Translations under genes and position numbers: made by a program
Shown: in pieces, positions 1 through 13,632 of the stretch
Position numbering within the stretch: position 1 is the first letter of the stretch
Layout: every line of letters starts with the position of its first letter
Assembly (NCBI RefSeq): GCF_006345805.1
Contig: NC_043001.1
Span: 107,074,001 to 107,138,000, forward strand
DNA from: Octopus sinensis
Lineage: Eukaryota
DNA: 64,000 bases
Reading direction: 5' to 3'
The notes under the pieces: model-generated
The model's database searches: none
What the model was told of the DNA's origin: nothing
Seen by the model: only the letters and a program-made list of their open reading frames with translations

Positions 1-779
1 CCTAACTACTGGGCCACTGCGCCTCCACTCTCTACGTTATTCACAGGCTCCATCAATCCCACCACCAAGTCATAAAATATTTCTCAATCATTTTTGCTTT
101 GTTGATTTATATCATTGTAATTTCCCTTGCCAGCTGTGACCGCCTATTTTTCTGAGCAGTATTAAACTAAAATAAAAAAGAAAAAAAAGAAAACGTAGAC
201 GTCTATTATTTAAGAGTTATTCATTTTCACATCAAGCGTCTATATCGTGTTTCACAGTCCAGATTATTTGTTTTTCCATTTTATTTTATCAATTAACATT
301 AGTATAAGAAGGTGCCATGGGGCACAATGAATAATATTTACTTCATTTATGACTCTGAAAAAGGGAAAAATTGATTAGTGTCCACTACCTTACAAAAACT
401 ATATCAGCTAAGCAAATGACTTGTAAATGCGTAAGAAATAATATTACTCATTTAGAAAATTATTTCAGAAATTTATCTCTGTTCACTTTTAGCATACAAA
501 AAACAAGCTTAAGTGTGGCAAAATGAGTATACGAAATAAGGTAAATTTGCATCTATACTTCTCCATAATTGCATTTGGAAAAAGACTCCATATACATCAC
601 TATCTATCCTTAGACATAAAAGAAATCAGAAATGCAACAAAAATTAAAAATATCTAGGGCAAATGAAAGAAGGTCATGGAAAAATGGCACATGGTATGAA
701 ATTACCGAAACTCGACAAAATCTAAAAACTCAACATAAAGTTTTCTCTACAACTTCTTAATCTGCTGGAATGGCTATCT

Positions 780-1940
780 TCCTGGTCCAATGGACCCATT
801 TCATTTTCTTCAGCTGCTTTTTCCTACTGTTTATATTATTTGATTCTGCTGATTTCTCGTGACTCTTATTTTTTCTTGTCAATGGGAAATTTTCTGTATG
901 CTCATAAAAGCTAGAAAATTTCACTTTATACATTAATTACCGTATGGGTCCATTGGACCTTCGCATTAAATTCAGATACTACTCTTGTCATTCTAAACAG
1001 AATAAAAGCAGTATCAAATATTGTTTTCCTAGATATTTTATCAGATATAAAGTAGATAAAATTGTACGCAATTTATTTGCTGAATTTTAGATAACATAGG
1101 AAAAATTATGAAAATATTCCTATAAATTTGTGTGGTATTTCATCTCCTTCAATCTGCTAGGTTATAGGGTGATGCAATATTTCTATATTGCATCATCTTT
1201 CAGGAGAGTATAAATATGTGAGAGAGCAATATTTGCCTTTGGTCTGCTATCAACTTTCATATAGTTCAGTTGTGCTTTCCAATATACCTAGACGTGAAAA
1301 CTTGAGTGAAGACCAAATTTTGAAAAAGTTATTGGAATTAGATGAAGGATGGGAAGAAGATAGTAGTGATTCCTTCTATTTCTCTGAAGATGATGGTGAA
1401 AGTGATTGTGGCTTGGACAGTTTCTGTGTCAGATGATGAAGATACTAAAAACCAATTATGAATGAGCAATATATTTCTGGAGACAGACGAGAAGTTTGGC
1501 ATTCTAATCCTCTTACTCAAGTCAAGAAGGAGAGTCAAGAAGATGGCCACCCAATATTCAACAAAGTTATGAGCCAAGGAAGATTTCAACAGACTTTACA
1601 AGTATTGCTTTTTTAACGATACTAGTGATGATGAATTGGAGTCCATAAGAGAAGTATTTGAAATATGGAATCAGAATTTGCAAGATGGATATGTTCCAAG
1701 TTCATGCATGACAGTTGAACAATTAGTTTCATTCAGAGGGCGCTGCCCATTCCGGGTATATATTCCTTCAAAACCAGGGAATATGGAATTAGAATTTGGC
1801 CAATATGTGACAATGAAACATCTTATATCTGGAAAATGCGAATCTACACTAGAAAAGACCCAGTAAAAGGGAAGGAGACAAATCAAGTTTCAAGAGTTGT
1901 TGAAGACCTAGAAAAAGAACTTGAAAATACTGGTCGCAGT
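780..1940 (+). pseudogene. Degenerate piggyBac transposon/transposase remnant
   Basis: Acidic N-terminal ORF (1188..1436) and the PGBD-type fragment CMTV(D)EQLVSFRGRCPFRVYIPSKPG (1636..1866). Inverted subterminal motif ggtccaatggacccat (784-799) / atgggtccattggacc (944-959). Confidence 0.75.
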
Positions 1941-1996
1941 ATATATACACTTCTTTGGTATTTTCAAATAATCAGTCTCATTCACATAGGAAATAA

Positions 1997-3331
1997 AGAT
2001 CTTTGTGGTTTTCGTCACTGTTTACAATTTTGCTCCATTGTTTTCAAATTTCGTAAATGGATTAAGTTTTGTATACTAATTATGAAAAGGAAATTCATTT
2101 TTCATATAAATTCATAATTAAAATTTGCAAAATTTCGGTATTTTAGCCAATCAGAAATGAGTATTTTAGGCCTTACCGTGGTGAGAAAGTCTCTTTCTAT
2201 CTTTATATATAAAAGTCAAGTTGAGTGTCTGTCTCCTACGATTTAGATTCCTAACTACTCCCACATTTTGCGGTGCAGTTTAACCAAAAGCGGGTATCTT
2301 ATAGTCGTGATTCATATCGAGCCCTTCTGGGTATTAGCGCGCGTCTACGATGAGTCTACGATTTTAAAAATAATTTACCATCATTTTTTTTTCCATTTTA
2401 ATGCATTTTTTCGCTATTATATAAGGGAAGTAACTCTCTAAAAATGTCTACGATGAGTCAACGATTTAAAAAAAAAATTACCATAATTTTTTTTCCATTT
2501 TTAATGCATTTTTTTGTTGCTATTTTTTGAATATAACTCTCTAAAAATGCTTATATAGTTATTTCCCTTACAAATCCGAGCAACGCCGGGCGATACTGCT
2601 AGTATTAACTAAAGCAAAGAAGCACTGCGTGTTCCATAGCTGATTGCGAAGAACTCTTTTTCCGTAGTAACTAAAGATGCTGCGCATGCGCACAAGGAGT
2701 GTAACCACCACTATTTCTATAACTGTTTGTTTTCATAACTGATGGGACTCACATTCAACAAATTGAAACTACCTGGGCATGGTTAACTCTTATAGTTGAG
2801 AATTTATGTGGAGAAAGAGATACGAGAAAGATAATTTATTTTATAAAATCCTAAAGTGTATTGCAAACTTTCGTTTTTGAAATTTTTAAACTAATAAATG
2901 TCTGTTTTAAACAGTGTTTTGACTGTTATTTCTAACAACTCCTGTTGGCTTGTTCGTAGCTTTTAAATATTTAATATGCTCGCGAAATATTAACTTTACT
3001 TGTGCATATTTTAATGTTTTGACTATAATTTCTAGCAACCCCTGCTGGTTTTTTTGTTCGTAGCTTTTAAATATTTAATTTACTCGCGTAGCTAGTTTAA
3101 TGTTTTGACACGCCCCACCCTGTTGATAAAAGAGGCTGGGACGCGCTGTTTTCTGATTGGCTAAAAATTCTAAAACTGATCAAACTTTGAAAACGTGTTA
3201 CATTTTTGCAAAATTTTTCTGGGAAAATGAATAACAAATTCAGATTCGGCGTCAAAAATTACATCTATATGATACATTAAAGGGATTTTTTTGAAGACAC
3301 TTGTAAACAGTGACGAAAACCACAAAGATCC
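1997..3331. mobile_element. Non-autonomous TIR element (MITE), copy 1, interrupted by a Helitron-like insert
   Basis: About 30-bp terminal inverted repeats gatctttgtggttttcgtcactgtttacaa / ttgtaaacagtgacgaaaaccacaaagatc; imperfect 8-bp TSD ggaaataa/agaaagaa; homologous to 19297..20051. Confidence 0.75.
2200..2602 (+). mobile_element. Non-autonomous Helitron-like element
   Basis: 5' TC after A, 3' CTAG followed by T, GC-rich subterminal hairpin ccgagcaacgccggg about 10 nt from the end, no TSD; internal duplication of tctacgatgagtc units. Confidence 0.7.
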
Positions 3332-3373
3332 AGAAAGAATATATACATATATCTGAAACAAAACAAAACCACG

Positions 3374-3619
3374 ACTCTTTTACTCTTTTACTTGTTTAAG
3401 TCGTTTGACTGTGGCCATGCTGGAGCACCACCTTTAGTCGAGCAAATCGACTCCAGGACTTATTCTTTGTAAGCCTAGTACTTATTCTATCGGTCTCTTT
3501 TGCCGAACCACTAAGTTACGGGGTCGTAAACGCACCAGCATCGCTTGTGAAGCGATGTTGGGGACAAATACAGACACACACGCACACATACACGCACACA
3601 CACACACACACATACACAA

Positions 3620-3658
<39 letters not shown>

Positions 3659-3816
3659 CGACGGGCTTCTTTCAGTTTCCGTCTACCAAATCCACTCACA
3701 AGGCTTTGGTCGGCTCGAGGCTATAGTAGAAGACACTTGCCTAAGGTGCCACGCAGTGGGACTGAACCCGGAACCATGCTGTTTGTAAGCAAGCTACTTA
3801 CCACACAGCCCACTCC
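3374..3816 (-). mobile_element. tRNA-derived SINE, family A (internal CA/TA microsatellite, (AAAAGAGT)n-like tail)
   Basis: Near-identical to several other copies in the window; A/B-box-like head gtggtaag...gggttcagtccc. Confidence 0.85.
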
Positions 3817-4436
3817 AAGAGGAAAAGGAAACCATGGCGACTGACCGGCAGACTTACAACAAACGAAATTGGTTTGATAATGAAATTGACTTCCTAGCAA
3901 GCACAAGGTTTTCTCTCTTCCAAATAGAAAACATACACTTCGTATCTAAATGAGATTGCCGAAAAAAAACAAAAAAAAAAAAAACACCGCAAATGCTCAT
4001 CACGCGCTCTGTTATGTAAATTCACAGCAAACTAAAACATCCTGGTTTCTTTCAACCTAATTCAGGGTCATTTTGGAAAACTTCGATATATTTTCTCTTT
4101 AAATATTGGTCAGGCACAGTAACAACAACAACAACAACAACAACAACAGCTGCAGCAGCAGCAGCTAGAAATCCATGAACGGTAAGAAGCAAAACGACAA
4201 CAAACAACAACAGCTGCAACAACAACAATAGGAAGAGCCACTCCTTAATACTTGTATAATAGCTGATTTACTCTCACACCACCACAATTATCATCGTCGT
4301 CATCCTCATCGTCATCACCACCGTTGCCATCACTGTCTTCTACCACCTCACATACTAGAAATAAACCACAGCTTTCTTCTCCCACACCGCCACCTCACTC
4401 CTACTGTATTATAAAAAACCTACAAAAAAATAATTT

Positions 4437-7400
4437 ATGAAACGAAATATGTCCCCCACGACATTAACAAGAAACCCCAAAATATGCCGTTATTCCCTAC
4501 GTTGCAGGTTCTGCACACGTAGTGACTGCATCTTTACTTATCTGCCTGGCACTGGACCCACGATCCAAACAAACACTACCAGCCAAGGCCAAAACACGCA
4601 TGCAACAATAACATCAATAACACCACCAAGTTGTAAATTGAATGTTAAAACATGCATAACGCGGAATCCCAACACGAGAAACTATGCCTGTTGCGTGACT
4701 GTCCCTTCACTCATCTTCCAGGGACCCGACGCACTAACAGAAATGGGGCTCCAAGCCAACACACAAACCACAGTAAAAACACTGCCGACCGCAGTGATGC
4801 TGGTCCAGTCTTTTCACGAAGACACAAAAACAACGACAACAAAAGCCGAAACGACAACCCTATCCAACAGTGCCACCACACCTCCAGTCAAAAACCGCTC
4901 CCTAAGCAGGAAAATTCTTTTTTAGCCAGGTTAAACTTCACAAAAAAGATACAAAAAAACCTTTCAGTCATCACTCAATACCATCCTATGCTATTATCCT
5001 AGTGCATTCCCACTCCCACATTGCTGTCATTAATACACAATCAGAAAAAAAAGCCCTCTGCAACAGTCAAAACCTGCCACTACGCCAGCCTGCACATTTC
5101 TACTCAATGCACAAGGTGTCAGTCCCTCCATCAATGCACAAAAATGAAAGATCCAATTCATTGATGATTGGGTTGGTAACTATCCACACTAGATCCCTTT
5201 CTTCATTCTTACCGAGACCCATCTTGACAACTCCTACTTGGAAGCCGAGGTGAAAGTGAGGAATTTTAAAAAACCATCCGCGCGGATCGAGTCGACAGAA
5301 GGAAAGGCGGAACTGCCATTTTCCTGCATGATTGCTTTTCGGCAGATGGAAATATGACATTCTCCAGTGGCTACTGTGAATCAGTAACCGTGCACAACAA
5401 AACCAATGACTTGATAGTAGTTGGGCTGTATAGGCCACCTTACAAACCCATACTGCGCTTTAATGAATGCCTCAACAGTATTAAGTGCTTTATTCACCAG
5501 TGCCATTCTAAGAACATAATTATGATAGGAGATTTTAATCTACCATGTGTTGATTGGTTTGAAATCAGGCACTCCTAACTCAAGGGCTGACAAAGAAGCA
5601 TTACAGTCAGTTCTCGACTTTATGAATGAGTTTTTCTTGTCCCAACTTGTACTTGCACCAACAAGATATCAGAACATTTTAGACCTTGTGTTTAGTAACC
5701 ACACTAACACAATACACACTATTTCAGTGGGAAAAAAACCCTCCTTTCAGACCATGACATGATTCTCTGTGACCTGAGATTCCACCAGCCGAAAGCTGAC
5801 CCTCGTAATCTCTCTTTGATTCCATGGATTTCTATGGTGCCGACTGGGACGCAATCATAAGTGATCTACCATATGTTGACTGGTCTTTCACACATGCACA
5901 CACCTCCTTCGGCATCAAAATATCTTGGCAGATCTTTGTAGACACTGTCACAAACATATGTGCTAAATACATCCCACCAAGTCCCGTGAAGAAAACTAAG
6001 TGCAGAATTCCTCAAGACAGAGAAACGATTATCAGAAAAATAAAAAAGAACAAACCCCAAAAATTAACGAACTAAAATACTGCCAACAGCCACGCATAAA
6101 TTCAACGGCTATCACCCTGATCGAATCAAAAAATATAACCTCCAACAATGCATGAAGACCATCATCAATAACCAAAGAACAGCTGAAGAGAAATGGACCA
6201 TTGAGAAAATCAAAATCAACCCCAAAGTGTTCTTCTCTTCCGCGAAAAAACACAAGGTCACTGTCTCCATTGTTGGCCCTCTAATTGACGAAAATAGCAA
6301 TCTCCAAGATAATGCCAAAACCATAAGTGAGATACTGTAGAAACATTATTACTCTGTTTTTAGCAATCCTGATATGGTCGATCTGGACTGTATTAGTGAT
6401 GTTAATCCTTAACACACTATATCGAACATAACGTTTGGCGCCCCTGATGTCTTAGCGGCAATAAACGGAATTAAACACAATTCAGCAGTAGGCCCTGATA
6501 GGTTCCCTGCTTGGACCCTGAAGGTTTGCCGACACCAACTTGCATCACCTCTTGCTAATCTGTGGAGGAACTCACTGGATGCTGGTTTAGATTCCTGAGA
6601 ACCTTCTGTTCTAGTCTGTTGTCCCAGTTTTCAAAAAGGTAAACACGTCTAGTACAGTGAACTACCTACCGGCCGATCTCGCTCATCTCTCATAACATCA
6701 GGGTGTTTGAGAGGGTGGTGAGATCACAGATAATCCACTTCATTGAAAGCAACAGACTGCTGAACCCCAACCAACATGGGTCCCGTAATGGAAGAAGCTG
6801 CCTAACGCAGCTTCTGCATCACTTTGATGACATTTTGAGAGCTTTAGGAGAGGGCTCGAATACTGATGACATCTACCTTGATTTCAGCAAACCTTTGACA
6901 GGGTGATTCATAAGATCCTCTTGAAAAAAAAACTATCCTATATTGATATTTCTGGAAAGTTACTGCAATGGATCAAGTGTTTCCTGACAGACAGAATCCA
7001 ACATGTTGTAGTGGAAGGGATAAAATCAAGCCCAGTCCAAGTCAGAAGTGGTGTTTCATAAGACACTGTGTTGGGCCCACTTCTTTTCATCATCCACATC
7101 AATGACATCACTGACATCATCAAGCACAGCAACATAAGAATCTTTGCAGATGATTCCAAGCTCCAGAAGGTCATCAATGAGGTGGGTGACCGAGCATGCC
7201 TTCAGTCAGATCTACTGGCTGTCAGCCAGTGGGCGGAAAAGAATAATATGCTGCTCAACGAGGACAAATTTGAGTTAATCCAAAAGAGGACACCCTGAAA
7301 CTCCCATACTCCCTTCCTTCAGGTGAAACTCTCATGGCATCCAACAACATCAACGATTTGAGAGTAATTGTGGACACCAACTTAAGCTGGGCCGTTCATA

Positions 7401-8050
7401 TAAGCAGCAAAGTTGACATAGCGCGTAGAATGTATTCCTGGATTCTCAGAACTTTCCAGTCGAGAGACATCCACACCATTATCCTTCTCTTCTCCACTTT
7501 TGCCCAACCCCACCTTGAATACTGTTGTCCACTGTCGTCTCCCCACACAATACAAAGTATCATGAAAAGTGAAGCACCTCAAAGGTCAATTACAAAAAAA
7601 GACAGATGGCACGACAGGCCTTGACAATTGAGGTCGACTAGAAAAGCTCAAGTTTTATTCTCTCCAAAGTAGCCGGGAGCTCTACACCATCTGCATGATG
7701 TGGTTAATATTCCATCAGCATTACGCAAATGATGTTGGCATCGCCTTTAAAGTACACCCAAGACTTGGACCCTGTGCTATCCGCTCACAACATGAGTCAT
7801 ACTCGCATCACATGACAACAATACGGCACAATTATTTCACCTCAATTGGCCCCGCTCTCTTTAACATTAAACCAAAACACATTAAAGCAGAAACAGACCC
7901 CATAAAAGTTCAAGAAGTCTTTGGACAAGTTCCTACAAAAAATCCCGGATAAACCTCCTACACCCGGATATGTCTCCGTAAATAACACTCCTCGAGTGGG
8001 CGACGTTGTCCAATTCCTGATTTGAATGACTTTGCCAGGTGGTGCTACCG
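4437..8050 (+). mobile_element. Degenerate near full-length CR1/L2-group LINE (APE endonuclease + RT)
   Basis: Frameshifted fragments: VVGLYRPP, IIMIGDFNLPCVDW and NILDLVFSN (APE); FERVV..NQHG.RNGRSCLTQL, IYLDFSK, LGPLLFIIHINDI and IFADDSKL (RT). Upstream Cys/His repeats C..(S/R)DC.FT(H/Y)LPGT. Confidence 0.85.
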
Positions 8051-8334
8051 GATTTTTGCAGAGTTTTGATTTTGTATGACATATTAACCGAATAGATGGT
8101 TTACGTTGAAAGTTAGGTTTGTGGTCGTTCAGTGTAAAATGTGGCTTTGTCGGAGTGTATGGTTCAGTTCTATGGTTCAGTTTTATCGATTTTTCTCCTA
8201 GAAGGGAGTATCGCTAGGCATTGGTAATGCAGCAGTGACATGCCTAAGTAAATTTGCCATTTAATAAAAAATTTCATGAAAATCGGATAAAAAATGTGGA
8301 AACGCATAAAAAGCATATACACACACATTTTCAG

Positions 8335-8372
<38 letters not shown>

Positions 8373-8373
8373 T

Positions 8374-8692
8374 ATTTATTATATAGAAGGAGCTTCTACA
8401 GGACTAGAACTGTTTCATTCAAGAGAAATCTTCAGGAAGCTAGTTAACAAGAATTGTATTGGCATTTATACATTTAGGCAGGTTTAACGGGGTGTTGGTG
8501 GGGGACCAACACCCCGTTAAACCTGCCTAAATGTATAAATGCCAATACAATTCTTGTTAACTAGCTTCCTGAAGATTTCTCTTGAATGAAACAGTTCTAG
8601 TCCTGTAGAAGCTCCTCTATATAATAAATTAATTTTACTCTGCTATGTATTGAGTACCTTATTTACTGTGGTTAACCCCGAATCAACCCGGG

Positions 8693-8698
<6 letters not shown>
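8374..8698. mobile_element. Fold-back Penelope pseudo-LTR-like unit: about 126-bp near-perfect inverted arms (8374..8629) plus 3' tail, inserted in (TA)n
   Basis: Arms 8374-8499 and 8505-8629 are reverse complements with one indel; loop ggggg; each arm carries a hammerhead motif. Confidence 0.8.
8563..8613 (+). ncRNA. Type I hammerhead ribozyme motif (mirror copy on the - strand at 8391..8441)
   Basis: agcttc-CTGAAGA-tttctcttgaat-GAAA-cag ttctagtc ctg-TA-gaagct: 6-bp stem I, intact core, closed stem III, GUA triplet; stem II weak. Confidence 0.7.
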
Positions 8699-8752
<54 letters not shown>

Positions 8753-8852
8753 TAAAAACGGTAAGATAACAAAAGAAAGAAAGAGACCTCAATATTATGT
8801 AAATAGAGGAAATTTATCTATAAAATAATATGTTACAATTATTCAATAGTCA

Positions 8853-8915
8853 AGATAAAACTCTGAGTTTCAGATGCCGAAGTGGAAATCCACAACACCA
8901 TCTCTTCGCTTATCT
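8853..8915 (-). ncRNA. Degenerate hammerhead-like motif in a pLTR-like repeat (8750..8918; related fold-back at 47705..47870)
   Basis: Reverse complement agataa-GCGAAGA-gatg...catc-t-GAAA-ctc a gag-TT-ttatct; core positions 3-4 deviate. Confidence 0.5.
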
Positions 8916-9097
8916 GGCCATATATATATATGTATATATATATGTGTGTGTGTGTGTGTGTATAACTCAAAATGTGTGTGTGTATGCTTTTTATGCGTTT
9001 ATATATATATACATATATACACATATATATATATATACATGTATATATATATGCATATATATATATATATATATATATACATACGCATATGTATATG

Positions 9098-9176
<79 letters not shown>

Positions 9177-9294
9177 GCATATCTATACATATACTTATAC
9201 ACATGTATATGTGTACATACATATATATAGACATGTATACATGTATATGTATGCATATATATACATGCATATGTATATATTGTTTTTGTTTTAG

Positions 9295-9513
9295 CCGTCA
9301 AATGACGCCACCCCGCTGGCTAAGCGAGCAGGCCAACAGAAGAAAGAGTGAGAGAAAGTTGTGGCGAAAGAGTACAGCGGGGATCGTCACCACCCCCTGC
9401 CGGAGCCTCGTGGAGCTTTTAGGTGTTTTCGCTCAATAAACACACACAACGCCCGGTCTGGGAATCGAAACCGCGATCCTACGACCGCGAGTCCGCTGCC
9501 CTAATCACCGGGA
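9295..9513 (-). mobile_element. tRNA-derived SINE, family C (other copies 11363..11598 and a diverged one at 28240..28482)
   Basis: B-box gtttcgattccc on the - strand; shared body between copies. Confidence 0.75.
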
Positions 9514-10079
9514 CATATACCGGAATAAGCACATAAATGTGAATGAAGGTGGAAAAAAGAGTACTCAAATACCAGAGGTAGAGTAATATGCTTGATTTAA
9601 AAGTAGCAGAAACATAACAAGAGGACAAAAACTCATTAAATCAAAGACGCGAACTCTTGAGTTCCCGCAGACACGCAACTAAATTTAAAATGTCAGCTAA
9701 CAATATACCATATGGATAGTGTATATATTTTCTGGTTCTTGGGCTAGTTTTTTATCACACTGTTTTTAATCACCTGAGCGTTTCGCTTGCAGGTCTTCTT
9801 TGAGATATGCTTGTCCGGATGATTTGGGGTTGTATGAGAGGTCATCAGGAAGAGAGAACTTCCTGGGGAGCTTACTTCCAACATGTAAGGTATTGTTTTC
9901 TTCACTTTTCAGCAATAAGTTGATGTATTTATTTTTTGCTGCTGTTGCTTGGCAAGTGCTGTCTAAGAGAGACTGTGACATTCGAAGGTTGTCTGCACTG
10001 ATCTCAAGCTTTATATCCTTTATCTCTTGCTAGGTAGCCCATGACTAAGCGGGGCAGGAGCACACACAAGGACAGAAAG

Positions 10080-10124
10080 TGTCGCTGAAGAAATCACAGA
10101 TGTGTGACGAAAGATTTCCGGACA
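10080..10124 (+). ncRNA. Hammerhead motif, same family as 17324..17368
   Basis: tgtcg-CTGAAGA-aa tcaca gatg tgtga c-GAAA-gatt-TC-cggaca; downstream tail aatatatagtgcg is shared with the Penelope 3' end near 17430. Confidence 0.6.
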
Positions 10125-11217
10125 ATGGACATGAGATGAAATAAGAACGGTAACAAACGAGTGAAGACCGAATATATAGTGCGCGTCTTTATTTTGAAAA
10201 AAAAAAAAAATGATCATTTCAAAATACAACAAAGAAAAGGAAATTCTTCGCTACATTTATTATAATATTTTTTTTATTGTATATCATATGTTATCCTACA
10301 GCTAAAGTTTGGTAAACAAGTGGATCTCTGATTTTATTTCTATACTTATTTTCATTTTGTAACGTGCTCCATAATTATAAATGAGATAATCGACTCCAGC
10401 TACGACAGGATGGTATATATATATATAAACTTAGATAAACTTAGATGTGTTTCGACCAATGATTGGTCCAGGCCATGTCTAACTTAATAGCACCACCTGA
10501 TAAGATTATTTGAATCCTGTTTAAGTCAAGTTTTGCTTATGGTCCATTCAAGTAGTTTATATATTGTTTTTATAAATATACAGAAGTACATACAGGTGCA
10601 CGCTCGCACACACGCACACACCAAAGAACATGTTAGTTCATAGATGCACACTGCCACATGCAATCACTCTGACACAGGCGATCGCGCACGCACAGCTGTC
10701 ACTTTTTAAAAGCAAAGTGGAGGCTATTATTTTACTATTTTTTTTTTAAAAAAGGAAGCAAAAACATAATGTTTATGGTTACACTAATGATTGATATCTT
10801 CTATCGATCGCTTAAAACTAATTGACACTTCAAACACTTATGGAAGAGACACTTTAAAACTTACACAGCTAAATACTTAATTTAATCCTACTGAGTTTTG
10901 CGATCAAATATTGAAAGTGAAATTTATCTTTCATTCTGGCTGTTACCTAAGTAATAGTAAATACACAAGGACAAACAAGAGAGATCGATCTGATCAGTTT
11001 CTTTTCGAAGTATATATTCCAATACTGAAAGAGATCTACCACTAGATTATATCGAGATTCGTTATACCGATATCTGGGTAAATGTAATTAATACAATCCT
11101 CAAAATTTCATCTTGTCTCGTCTCAAACTATTATAGTTTCTCTGTAGCTGGCTGAATGTTGTATATATATATATATCACATCGAAACTAACTATGACTTA
11201 ACTTTTCCTCTCACACC

Positions 11218-11272
11218 GTCTCCAATGAAGGCATATTATTATTAATTAATATTCTAGAAACAGCTGTAAGAC
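11218..11272 (+). ncRNA. Degenerate hammerhead motif, same family as 53992..54041
   Basis: gtct-CCAATGA-...-GAAA-cagctg-TA-agac with palindromic stem III ACAGCUGU; short unit flanked by (TA)n. Confidence 0.55.
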
Positions 11273-11729
11273 CTTCTATCTATAAATGCTCTAATATCTA
11301 TACAGGCCTGGTTTTTTTTATCTCATTAAAAAAGTTCATATATATATATATATATATATATCGCTGTCCATGCAAATGATGCCACCTCGCTTAGCAGCGA
11401 GGTGGCCAACAGAAGAAAGAGTGAGAGAAAGTTGTGGCGAAAGAGTGCCGCAGGGATCGCTACCACGCCCTGCTGGATCCTCGTGGAGCCTTAGGTGTTT
11501 TCGCTCAATAAACACTCACAACGTCCGGTCTGGGAATCGAAACCGCGATCCTACAACCGCGAGTCCACTGCCATAACCACTGGGCCATTGTGCTTCCACA
11601 TGAATTTATGTATATAGAGAAATAGACTGAAAAATATGTTTTATTGTCTAGTTGAATTCCTGTTTCCAATGTGACTGAAACAATAATGACCTCAAACTGA
11701 CCGTTTCAAGACAAAGGGGCACACACACA

Positions 11730-11774
<45 letters not shown>

Positions 11775-12162
11775 ACACACACATTAGCACTGCTAAGCTT
11801 TGTTATTTCAGTAAGTCTTCGAAATCTTCCTAACAGGTAAATACAAAATATGTTCCAAAATTTAGATTTTGATTTTTGTTTTAATTATGAAATTACGTCT
11901 CTCAACTGCTAAAAGCAATTTTTTTTTTGGCTTTGAAATTATTGCATATTTGTTAAAAAATGTTATTTTGTTAGATCTAACCATTTTCTTCAGACAAAAT
12001 AGCAAACTGGGGCAAAATGAGTAATTTCTGATTTCTCGTTTTTTTTTTCGTTACTAGCTTGCAAATATTTTATTGTATTTTACATTCTGAAACATTTCCA
12101 TTGTTATTTACAAAAAAAAAGAAAAAAAAATCCTCTCTTCTCTCCTTTCTTGTATTCTCACA

Positions 12163-13574
12163 AGAGTGGCTGTGTGGTAAGTAGCTTGCTTACGAGCCAC
12201 ATGGTTCCGGGTTCAGTCCCACTGCGTGGCACCTTGAGCAAGTGTCTTCTACTATAGCCTCGGGCCGACCAAAGCCTTGTGAGTGGATTGGTAGACGGAA
12301 AATGAAAGAAAGGTCGTCGTATATATATATACAAGGGGCGTTCAATAAGTAATGCCTCTGACCCACTTGCCGTTATTTGATCTGAAATTTTGCATGTGCA
12401 ATTATTTATATCTCTATAGATTAAGTGGCAAATTACAGCTCCGAACTAATTGTGGTTTGTGATTTACAAGTGTTTGAAATGAGTCAAGTGGGAAATGGAG
12501 CCTGTTGAGTGTCGAGCAGTGATCCGGTTTTTGTATTTGAAATGACGCACACCACAGGAGACTTTTGATGAAATGAAAGTAACTTATGGTGATGATGCCC
12601 CATCATATGACCTTGTAAAACGCTGGCATCGTGAATTCAAACATGGTCGGAACTCTGTGGAAACAGCTCCCAGATCTGGTCGCACCGCTTCTTCCATTGA
12701 TGAGACATCTGTCCGTCAAGTTGAGGCTGCCATTTTGGAAGATCGACGCATAATTATTCGCCAAATAGCCCATGAGGTCAAGATTAGTACCGGGTCTATG
12801 GAAACTATCATTCATGACCATTTGCATATGCAAAAGGTGTCTGCCAGATGGATTCCCAGGTTGCTCACACTTTTCCAGAAGCAAAAACGCGTCGAGTGCT
12901 CGAGGATGAATTTAGGGATGTGCCAAGAAGATGTGTCAAAATTTTTCAAAAGACTGATTACACAGGATGAGACCAGGGTCCATCACTATGATCCAGAGAC
13001 CAAAGCCCAGTCAACGCAGTGGAAGCACCGTGACTCACCTCCTCCAAAGTAGGCAAGGGTGCAGCTTTCCGCTGGCAAGGTCATGCTCACAGTCTTCTGG
13101 GACCAGGACGGAGTAGTGATGACAGATTTCTTGGCAAAGGGTACCACAATTACAGGAGCCTATCATGCTTCACTTTTGAGGAAATTAAGAGAAGCTATCA
13201 AAACCAAGAGGCGGGGCAAGATCAGCAAAGGCATCCTCCTCCTGCAGGACAATGCTCCGGTCCACAATTCGCGTCTCTCCAGATCAGAAGCACAGGCGTG
13301 CAGCTATGAACTCTTCCCCCATCCCCCTACTCTCCTGACCTTGCACCCTCTGATTTTCACCTCTTCCCAGCCATGAAGTTGTTTTTGAAAGGAAAGCGTT
13401 TCCCAGATGATGCAGCCTTGATTTCTGAAGTCACGTCGTGGTTGGAAGACTAAGCTGGGGTCTTCTACGAAAACGGTCTCCAGAGCTGCATCAAACGATG
13501 GGAGAAATGCGTAACCCTGGGTTGTTCCTATGCTGAAAAAGTGGGTCAGGGGCATTACTTATTGAACACCCCTC

Positions 13575-13632
<58 letters not shown>

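Noticed and set aside
8830-9439. Overlapping 60-155 aa ORFs rich in Y/I (also at 17445-17854, 47861-48645, 49561-50022 and 55093-55672)
   Set aside because: Translations of TA, AAT, GAA and CTTT microsatellites; no coding signal.
9440-9513. tRNA-like A/B boxes (also at 12165, 19515 and other SINE heads)
   Set aside because: They continue into multi-copy SINE bodies and lack a complete cloverleaf; not tRNA genes.
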